From a virus, in IMG/VR virus record IMGVR_UViG_3300047560_000724, positions 1-64,000 of that record: DNA of 64,000 nucleotides. One strand, written 5' to 3'. Position numbers and translations under genes: made by a program. Of this stretch, positions 57,248 to 63,526 are shown one piece after another (the stretch's first letter is position 1; each line of letters opens with the position of its first letter). A model generated the notes under the pieces. It did not search any database. It was not told where the DNA came from and saw only the letters and a program-made list of their open reading frames with translations.

Positions 57248-57290
57248 ATTATAGTACAGATTGTACTTCTTGTCACTATATTTTGGCTAA
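57248..57290 (-). promoter_or_regulatory. sigma70 promoter for the RNA array and DUF2828, with upstream TTAGCCAAAA box
   Basis: GTGACA-N17-TATAAT; box at 57281-57290. Confidence 0.68.
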
Positions 57291-57307
57291 ATTCGCAAAA
57301 TATATTT

Positions 57308-57385
57308 TGGAGCAACGGGAGGGATTTGAACCCCCGGTTTTACGGATTTGCAATCCGTTGCATTGGGCCGCTCTGCCACCGTTGC
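57308..57385 (-). tRNA. tRNA-Cys(GCA)
   Basis: Cloverleaf, loop TTGCAAA, CCA encoded. Confidence 0.9.
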
Positions 57386-57390
57386 ATATT

Positions 57391-57466
57391 TGGTGGGTCC
57401 TGACGGGCTCGAACCGCCGACATTCTGCGTGTAAGGCAGACGCTCTACCAACTGAGCTAAGGACCC
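57391..57466 (-). tRNA. tRNA-Val(TAC)
   Basis: Loop CTTACAC, CCA. Confidence 0.92.
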
Positions 57467-57473
57467 AAATGCT

Positions 57474-57704
57474 TTACTTGACTCGCTTCAAGTACTCTTT
57501 ACCAATCTTACCTTCTTGAATTTCTTCTAAGGCTGTAATGATAGGAAAAATATGTTCTCGCTTAGTGCTTTCTTGATTGTGTCTTTTGATTTCTCTAGAC
57601 CTTGCCGCAGCAATTAATACAAGATCAAATCTATTCTCCCCTGCATTAGTAACACACTTGTCAGTGTCAATACCAGTACCACGACTATCACTTAGCTTTC
57701 TCAT
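57474..57704 (-). CDS. rpoZ: RNA polymerase omega subunit-like protein
   Basis: NRFDLVLIAAARSREI...ALEEIQEGKI. Confidence 0.82.
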   Translation of the reverse strand: MRKLSDSRGTGIDTDKCVTNAGENRFDLVLIAAARSREIKRHNQESTKREHIFPIITALEEIQEGKIGKEYLKRVK

Positions 57705-57732
57705 ATAATATCCTCTTTGTGTATTTAATACT

Positions 57733-57807
57733 TGGTCCCGTTACCAAGAATCGAACTTGGATCTAATTCTTAGGAGGAACTTGTTCTATCCATTGAACTA
57801 TAACGAG
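57733..57807 (-). tRNA. tRNA-Arg(CCT)
   Basis: Loop CTCCTAA, CCA. Confidence 0.88.
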
Positions 57808-57808
57808 A

Positions 57809-57898
57809 TGGTCCCCCGTTGAGGAATCGAACCTCATCCTGGACCTTATCTAGATTAAGGTGTTATAAGCACCCCTGCTCTCCATGAGCTAACGGGGG
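57809..57898 (-). tRNA. Atypical tRNA-Ile(TAT) with an enlarged variable region
   Basis: Acceptor CCCCCGT/ACGGGGG, loop CTTATAA, about 20 nt before the T arm, CCA. Confidence 0.65.
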
Positions 57899-57905
57899 AT
57901 GAAGT

Positions 57906-57979
57906 TGGTTGCGGGTCCCGGAATCGAACCAGGATCTCGAGCTTATGAGACTCGTGAGTTACCGTTTCTCTAACCCGCT
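57906..57979 (-). tRNA. tRNA-Met(CAT), initiator-like
   Basis: Loop CTCATAA, 1x72 mismatch, A11-U24; lacks three consecutive anticodon-stem G-C pairs. Confidence 0.8.
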
Positions 57980-57985
57980 ATAAAT

Positions 57986-58062
57986 TGGTCGGAGTACAAG
58001 GATTCGAACCTTGGACCCCCTGGTCCCAAACCAGGTGCGCTACCAGACTGCGCCACACTCCG
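57986..58062 (-). tRNA. tRNA-Pro(TGG)
   Basis: Loop TTTGGGA, CCA. Confidence 0.92.
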
Positions 58063-58064
58063 AA

Positions 58065-58277
58065 TTAAACTGTTGTTTTCTTTTTCCTAGTCTTCTTAAC
58101 TGGAATTTCTGCACTCGCTACACTAGCAATAGCTTCTTGGACATCACGCATAAGGGCTTCGTCGTCCCATATAAGTTCTGTACTTCCGTCTTCAAATGTC
58201 TTAACGGTTAGGTGACTACCTTGATTAATCTTTGGCCATCCGTTAGCTTCTACATTTTTTAATTTCTTAGTCGCCAT
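58065..58277 (-). CDS. Small hypothetical protein
   Basis: 70-aa ORF with AGGA RBS between tRNAs. Confidence 0.6.
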   Translation of the reverse strand: MATKKLKNVEANGWPKINQGSHLTVKTFEDGSTELIWDDEALMRDVQEAIASVASAEIPVKKTRKKKTTV

Positions 58278-58295
58278 TTGCTAGTCCTTAAAATT

Positions 58296-58368
58296 TGGAG
58301 CGGGTAGTCGGATTCGAACCGGCTTCTTTAGCTTGGAAGGCTAAGTCCTCTCCCAGGAGAATACCCGC
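58296..58368 (-). tRNA. tRNA-Gly(TCC)
   Basis: Loop CTTCCAA, U73, CCA. Confidence 0.85.
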
Positions 58369-58370
58369 AT

Positions 58371-58570
58371 AGTGTTTAGCTACTCCCACCACAGGAGCCC
58401 TAAACTGAGCTGTTACTCTGTCCACTAGCCTTTCCATCTAGACGGTGCTGAGGTCCGCCTTTGTGATTTCTCAAGTCGCTTTACACAAGCCTTGCGGTAG
58501 ATCCAATGCACCGAGCTATTAAGGTTTAAGCAATTACCTAACTCTATTACGCTGAGTTAACGCGGGGTTT
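58371..58570 (-). ncRNA. Candidate ~200-nt structured RNA between tRNA-Thr and tRNA-Gly
   Basis: GC-richer spacer with hairpins, GCAA/GAAA loops, GGTGC/GCACC and GTTTAG/CTAAAC helices. Confidence 0.45.
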
Positions 58571-58571
58571 T

Positions 58572-58647
58572 TGGTGCCCCTTGTCCGACTCGAACAGACC
58601 ACCTACTGATTACAAATCAGTTGCTCTACCAGATGAGCTAAAGGGGC
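58572..58647 (-). tRNA. tRNA-Thr(TGT)
   Basis: Loop TTTGTAA, CCA. Confidence 0.9.
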
Positions 58648-58653
58648 GTATTG

Positions 58654-58914
58654 TTATTTAATTTCGTTACCTGCTAGGTCTGCTTTTCCAGTCTCATAAA
58701 GTTCTTTGCGTCTTGCAAATTCATCTTCACTTAAACCGTGCCAACCAATACACTTGCCAGTTGGGCTACGGCCACACCCGCATCTTCCAACTTCGTCTAT
58801 ATTTTCTTTTACTCTTACTTGCATATCTTTATCTTTTTTAAAAATTGCATCCCAGTTACTATCAAATGTAGTTAATGGAACACTTAACGGTCTTGCTTTA
58901 CTGCCTTTACCCAT
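58654..58914 (-). CDS. Small CDGSH-like Cys/His protein
   Basis: CGCGRSPTGKCIGWH; start MGKGSK with AGGAG RBS. Confidence 0.6.
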   Translation of the reverse strand: MGKGSKARPLSVPLTTFDSNWDAIFKKDKDMQVRVKENIDEVGRCGCGRSPTGKCIGWHGLSEDEFARRKELYETGKADLAGNEIK

Positions 58915-58942
58915 TAGATAATCTCCTGTGTGTTTGGTGGAC

Positions 58943-59329
58943 TTATCGTTTAAGTCCCCTTGCCTGTCTGCCCTTACCTTTATTCTTAGCAACAAATGTA
59001 TCTGTTTGACTATGGCAGTTTGGACACAACAGTCTTAAATTTTTTGGCTTATCATTACCTGCATCACCGTCTATATGATCTAATTGTAGCACTAAAGGTA
59101 CATCGTTGTAAACCCCTTCATTGCCACAACTTACACATCTATAACCATGCAAGTGTGTTAAGCATCTTATTAAAGTTCTTCTTGTAGAAATTTCGCCTTT
59201 TAAAAACTTAGACAAAGTTTCTGTTTCAAATTGATGTTGCTGCTGACAAGTGTTATTACAATACTTGTTTGCATAATTCCTTTTTACAGGATTCTCTTTA
59301 CCGCAACATAAACAATTGAATGTATTCAT
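58943..59329 (-). CDS. HNH endonuclease (free-standing homing type)
   Basis: CVSCG...LQLDHIDG...N....NLRLLCPNCH; start MNTFNC. Confidence 0.88.
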   Translation of the reverse strand: MNTFNCLCCGKENPVKRNYANKYCNNTCQQQHQFETETLSKFLKGEISTRRTLIRCLTHLHGYRCVSCGNEGVYNDVPLVLQLDHIDGDAGNDKPKNLRLLCPNCHSQTDTFVAKNKGKGRQARGLKR

Positions 59330-59369
59330 AATGTAGTCCTCTACATTATTTATACAGAACTCTACATTT

Positions 59370-60050
59370 TTAAAGAACTTTGGTGGAGGTAACAGGGATC
59401 GAACCTGCGACATTTTGGTTGCAAACCAAACGCTCTCCCAGCTGAGCTATACCCCCGAATAACGCTTTTTTAGCATCATCAAAATAAACAGCGCCTGGAT
59501 TAACATCTCTTAATGTTAGCACCATTCTTTCATTTTTTGATTTGCTGTTATCAAAATCGTGAAAAATTTCTGTATTAAAAAGAATACACTCGCCCTGTTG
59601 TGCGGTCATACGCTTTAATGGAGTATGTTTTTTAGAATCAAATCCTAAACATTCTCTACTTTGTTTCCTTTCAATAGGATCAGGATCAATTGGGTATTCT
59701 TTTAACTCTTCATCGGAATACCAACTTGTAACACAATCGTTATCAAGAATCTTAACTGTATAATTAAGACTGTAGCGATGGTCTAACCCGTCCTTATGTG
59801 CTCTATAATAATATCCTGGCTGTGTTGTAAACAACGACACTCGCCATTGATTTAATTTTAGTTCTTCATTCAATGGTATACTATCCATAATATCTTTTGC
59901 TTGTGCTGTAGGATATATGTGATGTGTAAATCCTTTTGTAAAGGACATACCCCATACATACGCCAGGCATTTAGTTATTACAGTATCTAGTCCTTCGTGT
60001 GTAAAACGAATATAGTACGGACTACAGTCTTCTATTATAGTATACTTCAT
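59370..60050 (-). CDS. 2OG-Fe(II) oxygenase/cupin-like protein; C-terminus runs through tRNA-Ala
   Basis: AHKD...FNTEIFH...R..L motif. Confidence 0.6.
   Translation of the reverse strand: MKYTIIEDCSPYYIRFTHEGLDTVITKCLAYVWGMSFTKGFTHHIYPTAQAKDIMDSIPLNEELKLNQWRVSLFTTQPGYYYRAHKDGLDHRYSLNYTVKILDNDCVTSWYSDEELKEYPIDPDPIERKQSRECLGFDSKKHTPLKRMTAQQGECILFNTEIFHDFDNSKSKNERMVLTLRDVNPGAVYFDDAKKALFGGIAQLGERLVCNQNVAGSIPVTSTKVL
59381..59456 (-). tRNA. tRNA-Ala(TGC)
   Basis: Loop TTTGCAA, G3-U70, CCA. Confidence 0.92.
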
Positions 60051-60060
60051 TGTATATTTA

Positions 60061-60137
60061 TGGCTCCCCGAGCTGGGCTCGAACCAGCGACACCTTGATT
60101 AACAGTCAAGTGCTTCTACCAACTGAGCTATCAGGGA
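60061..60137 (-). tRNA. tRNA-Asn(GTT)
   Basis: Loop CTGTTAA, CCA. Confidence 0.9.
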
Positions 60138-60143
60138 ATATTC

Positions 60144-60593
60144 TCATATCTCTTTATGTAGCCTATAAAATTTAGGGTACATACCGACCTTGGCCGCTGA
60201 TGCTAAACGACTCTTGTTGTTTACTTCAACAAGACTACTTAACATATAAGCGCCTAATTTTTTACAATCTGCCTCGTAGTACTCGTGGCAAATTTGATTT
60301 AATCCTCTTCCTCGGAATTCTGGTTCAGTAAAACTAAGAACTAACCAGCCCATTCGTTGATCTGGATAGTATTCATAAGCAATACCGCCTTGAACATTAC
60401 CACTAGTATCTTGCACCCAAACAACTCTGTTTGAAATCTTAAATGCAAAAGTGGGTAATGAAAACCCTTTATCAACAAGTTCAGCCCAAACTTTTAAAAA
60501 CGGAGCAACAACTGGAGTATATTGCATCGTATCCGATTGCCAAACTTCAATTGGGTTACCTAGCTTGTCTTGAGCATCTGCTATCTTCTTCAT
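60144..60593 (-). CDS. GNAT-family N-acetyltransferase
   Basis: PEFRGRGL acetyl-CoA motif and N..S......K.G motif. Confidence 0.78.
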   Translation of the reverse strand: MKKIADAQDKLGNPIEVWQSDTMQYTPVVAPFLKVWAELVDKGFSLPTFAFKISNRVVWVQDTSGNVQGGIAYEYYPDQRMGWLVLSFTEPEFRGRGLNQICHEYYEADCKKLGAYMLSSLVEVNNKSRLASAAKVGMYPKFYRLHKEI

Positions 60594-60634
60594 ACTTACA
60601 CCTTTAAAAATGTAAATTACTTATCACTACTAAT

Positions 60635-60728
60635 TGGCGGTGAGCGAGAGATTCGAACTCTCGATGCAGGTTTATGCCCACATGCCTCCTTAGCAGGGAG
60701 GTACCTTCGGCCACTCGGTCAGCTCACC
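60635..60728 (-). tRNA. tRNA-Ser(GCT)
   Basis: Loop CTGCTAA, long variable arm, CCA. Confidence 0.9.
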
Positions 60729-60931
60729 ATTAGTTGTATTGTCTTGTTATGGACAACAATAACCCTATTGCCGTTTGCTTTTAACGAGCACAACTTGTAT
60801 GAGTCCTCCTGCAGAAGGTTGTCTCACTTTCATTATGCATCAACAGTATTGGCCGCGCTAGCTAGACGGAGGACCCATTGACTGTGCATTACCCAGGTGT
60901 ACACTGAGTTTTTCCAAAACAATACAACTAA
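60729..60931 (-). ncRNA. Candidate pseudoknotted ~200-nt RNA between tRNA-Tyr and tRNA-Ser
   Basis: Perfect inverted repeat 60725-60742/60919-60936; internal TGGGTCCTCC/GGAGGACTCA pairing. Confidence 0.55.
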
Positions 60932-61016
60932 TGGTGGACAGGGACGGATTCGAACCATCGTAGCCTGAGGCGGCAGATTTACAGTCTGCTGGTATTAACC
61001 ACTCACCCACCTGTCC
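60932..61016 (-). tRNA. tRNA-Tyr(GTA)
   Basis: Loop CTGTAAA, CCA. Confidence 0.9.
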
Positions 61017-61022
61017 ATTGTT

Positions 61023-61107
61023 TGGTGCGACCTCCCGGAATCGAACCGGGACGACTTTCGTCGAGAGATTTTAAGTCTCTTGTGTCTACCTATTTCACCA
61101 AGGTCGC
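61023..61107 (-). tRNA. tRNA-Leu(TAA)
   Basis: Loop CTTAAAA, CCA. Confidence 0.9.
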
Positions 61108-61112
61108 ATATC

Positions 61113-61316
61113 TTACTGACTTCTGCGCTTCATCCAAGTGTAGTCTACACCGTCTGGACACTTTCCGTCATTAACGCTGTCAGCACCAAAGATGCCAACA
61201 ATTTCCATTTCGTTACCTTTTATAGTAACAAATTCATTCATGTGCTTTGCAAGGTTCATTGCTTCTGCAAGTGTAAGAACCTTAAATGTTTCTTCTTTAC
61301 CTATTACTTTATACAT
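61113..61316 (-). CDS. Small hypothetical protein
   Basis: ORF from MYKVIGK between tRNAs. Confidence 0.55.
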   Translation of the reverse strand: MYKVIGKEETFKVLTLAEAMNLAKHMNEFVTIKGNEMEIVGIFGADSVNDGKCPDGVDYTWMKRRSQ

Positions 61317-61366
61317 TGTTAATTTTACTTTCTTTTTCACTCATCACAACAATGACGACAATTAAA

Positions 61367-61440
61367 TGGCGTACCCCCAGGGACTCGAACCCCGACCGAC
61401 AGTTTTGGAGACTGTAATGCTGCCATTACACTAGGGATAC
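61367..61440 (-). tRNA. tRNA-Trp(CCA)
   Basis: Loop CTCCAAA, CCA. Confidence 0.9.
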
Positions 61441-61447
61441 ATGTCCT

Positions 61448-61539
61448 TGGCGGAAGCTGAGAGATTCGAACTCTCGGACGGGATAAACCGTCGGCAGTTT
61501 TCAAGACTGCTGCAATAAACCGGACTCTGCCAAACTTCC
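61448..61539 (-). tRNA. tRNA-Ser(TGA)
   Basis: Loop CTTGAAA, long variable arm, CCA. Confidence 0.9.
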
Positions 61540-61544
61540 ATTAT

Positions 61545-61627
61545 TGGTGCCCCCTCCGAGACTCGAACTCGGACGCTCTCGCACTGGCTTCTAAGACCAG
61601 CGTGTCTACCAATTCCACCAAAGGGGC
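61545..61627 (-). tRNA. tRNA-Leu(TAG)
   Basis: Loop CTTAGAA, CCA. Confidence 0.9.
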
Positions 61628-61636
61628 ATAATTCTT

Positions 61637-61732
61637 TACCATATAGAAACACACTAGCGGGCATATCTAGGTTGCCGCTTATCGCACCTTAGTCCTAGTA
61701 CTGAGTATAGGCTAGTGCATTTTTATATGGTA
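61637..61732 (-). repeat. Long-stem cassette A (conserved ~20-bp stem, variable interior)
   Basis: TACCATATAAAAATGCACTAGC...GCTAGTGTGTTTCTATATGGTA. Confidence 0.75.
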
Positions 61733-61803
61733 CTCGGTAGGGGAATCGAACCCCTCTTCCCGCCGTGAAAGGGCGGTGTCCTAGACCGATAGACGAACCG
61801 AGC
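61728..61803 (-). tRNA. tRNA-Glu(TTC)
   Basis: Loop CTTTCAC, CCA. Confidence 0.92.
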
Positions 61804-61863
61804 AAATTAACCGTTAAATTTTTAATGAACAATTATACTACTGTGTTAACAGCGTATGTATCT

Positions 61864-61907
61864 ATTATATAGCCTACCAAGCATTGTGTCAATACTTTTT
61901 TGGCTAA
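61864..61907 (-). promoter_or_regulatory. sigma70 promoter inside the tRNA array with upstream TTAGCCAAAA box
   Basis: TTGACA-N17-TATAAT; box at 61898-61907. Confidence 0.75.
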
Positions 61908-61923
61908 CAATGCAAATATATTT

Positions 61924-61998
61924 TGGCCGGGCTTAGAGGAATCGAACCTCTACCTGCGGTTTCGAAGACCGTAATGATATCCATTTCACCAAAGCCCG
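61924..61998 (-). tRNA. tRNA-Arg(TCG)
   Basis: Loop CTTCGAA, CCA. Confidence 0.85.
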
Positions 61999-62011
61999 CA
62001 ATAAATATTCT

Positions 62012-62554
62012 GTGAAAAATTATTATCCAATACTAGTTGACAATTTAGAATCATTAAGGGAAAAAGTACTTGCCAATCTTCCTGAACGAGTTTTTAACTT
62101 TACTGCCGTTACTTACGACCATGCACTTGCTTATAACATAGCAAGACTACCCGAAGTAGTTTCTGCACTCGAACAGTTTGGAGGTATTAAACAAATTGAG
62201 TCAATTGCGTTTAATGTAACACCACCTAACCGTACTGGGAAGATACATACCGACACTGGCGGATATGCTTACACTTTTAATATTCCATTATTAAATTTTA
62301 GAAACACATTCTTACGGTTACACAGGAAAACTAAAGAACCTATTTCTAAAACTTATAAAGATCCGCAAGGTAATGATATCAATTATCACTTATACAATAA
62401 AACAAACTGTGTGTTAGATCAAACAATAGAAACGCTTGAACCACATATATTTAATACAACAGTTCCACATCAAGTAGTTAATCCTAACGATACTATCAGA
62501 ATTAATATGCTGATTAGATTGAAGTTAGATACTGACTTTAGTAAATTTAATTAA
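62012..62554 (+). CDS. 2OG-Fe(II) oxygenase-like protein, antisense to the tRNA array
   Basis: IHTD...FNTTVPHQV...R motif; ATAAATA directly upstream. Confidence 0.62.
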   Translation: MKNYYPILVDNLESLREKVLANLPERVFNFTAVTYDHALAYNIARLPEVVSALEQFGGIKQIESIAFNVTPPNRTGKIHTDTGGYAYTFNIPLLNFRNTFLRLHRKTKEPISKTYKDPQGNDINYHLYNKTNCVLDQTIETLEPHIFNTTVPHQVVNPNDTIRINMLIRLKLDTDFSKFN

Positions 62555-62555
62555 C

Positions 62556-62630
62556 TGGCACCGCGAGTTGGATTCGAACCAACATCTTACACTTTAGAAG
62601 AGTGTTGCCTATCCCTTAGACTATCGCGGT
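62556..62630 (-). tRNA. tRNA-Arg(TCT)
   Basis: Loop CTTCTAA, CCA. Confidence 0.9.
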
Positions 62631-62631
62631 A

Positions 62632-62705
62632 TGGTGCTCTTAGATAGAATCGAACTATCATTACCTCCATACCAAAGAGGCGTTCTACCATTTAACTATA
62701 AGAGC
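62632..62705 (-). tRNA. tRNA-Thr(GGT)
   Basis: Loop TTGGTAT, CCA. Confidence 0.85.
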
Positions 62706-62707
62706 AA

Positions 62708-62786
62708 TGGTACCCCTGCTCCGATTCGAACGGAGAACAACTTCTCCTTTTGAGAGAGACGACTTTACCAATTTGTCCACAGGGGC
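62708..62786 (-). tRNA. tRNA-Leu(CAA), short variable arm
   Basis: Loop CTCAAAA, CCA. Confidence 0.82.
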
Positions 62787-62843
62787 ATAGAATTTGTCTT
62801 AGATTGTTCACCGCACAATCTAAGAAAGCGGGGGTCTGTTGAA

Positions 62844-63056
62844 TTTGTAAGTAGTTCCCCCATCGTTATAGGAACCATTCACCCGTGTAATTAAGCCGGC
62901 CGGGACTCGGTACGCCACTAGGGATACTAGTCCAGTTTAGCAACCTGTTTGCAACCGTCCTTCCGGGCGGCCGGGAGTTGAACCCGCAACCTTCTACTAT
63001 TTCGGTCCTTCGAAGAAACCTAGATAGCGTGACATTCTCTTGCTGACACTTACAAA
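62844..63056 (-). ncRNA. Structured ~213-nt RNA with an internal T-arm/closed-hairpin/D-arm-like module
   Basis: 9-bp terminal stem TTTGTAAGT/ACTTACAAA, then GT-CAGCAA; CGGG-TTCAACT-CCCG. Confidence 0.6.
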
Positions 63057-63061
63057 ACTGT

Positions 63062-63137
63062 TGGGGTGCTAGATGGGGAACGATCCCATACTATCGCTTT
63101 CACAGAGCGAGGTGCAGACCACTACACTACTAACACC
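63062..63137 (-). tRNA. tRNA-His(GTG)
   Basis: Loop CTGTGAA, G-1/C73, CCA. Confidence 0.85.
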
Positions 63138-63145
63138 ATAGAAAA

Positions 63146-63264
63146 AACAGGATACATTTTATAGCGCACTACCAATTGTGCTAACTTGGCATGAAGCCAA
63201 ATGTTGGACTCGAACCAACAACCTCTCGCTTAGAAGGCGAAAATTGTTTGCTGTTAGTATCCTA
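63146..63264 (-). ncRNA. ACAGCAA-stem RNA element 4 enclosing a circularly permuted tRNA-Arg(TCT) (YrlA-like)
   Basis: AGGATAC-TA-ACAGCAA, anticodon arm, T arm, loop-closed acceptor stem, D arm, GTATCCT-GT. Confidence 0.8.
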
Positions 63265-63268
63265 AACT

Positions 63269-63344
63269 TGGAGCGGGAGACGAGGTTCGAACTCGCGACA
63301 TTTACCTTGGCAAGGTAATGCTCTACCAACTGAGCTACTCCCGC
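63269..63344 (-). tRNA. tRNA-Gly(GCC)
   Basis: Loop TTGCCAA, CCA. Confidence 0.93.
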
Positions 63345-63352
63345 ATGAGACT

Positions 63353-63429
63353 TGGCGCGGTGGACGGGGCTCGAACCCGCGACCCTTGGCGTGACAGGCC
63401 AATACTCTGACCAACTGAGCTACCACCGC
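63353..63429 (-). tRNA. tRNA-Asp(GTC)
   Basis: Loop CTGTCAC, CCA. Confidence 0.92.
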
Positions 63430-63452
63430 GTAATTTTAATTATCTTTTATTT

Positions 63453-63526
63453 TGGTTCCTCCAACAAGAATCGAACTTGTAATGACCGGTTATCAGCCGA
63501 TTGTTATACCATTTAACTATAGAGGA
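63453..63526 (-). tRNA. tRNA-Ile(GAT)
   Basis: Loop CTGATAA, CCA. Confidence 0.88.

Noticed and set aside
56818-57519. Plus-strand short ORFs over the ncRNA and tRNA region (also 58011-58211, 60570-60881, 63573-63791, and minus-strand 61431-61664)
   Set aside because: They overlap tRNAs or structured RNAs and have no protein-like features.
57809-57898. Amber suppressor tRNA indicating a recoded genome
   Set aside because: The CTA loop lies in an alternative hairpin with atypical position and A32. Long genes translate intact in the standard code, so there is no evidence of recoding.
62796-62825. Hairpin TCTTAGATTG/CAATCTAAGA as a separate RNA gene
   Set aside because: A single hairpin with no further support; it may be a processing or spacer structure.
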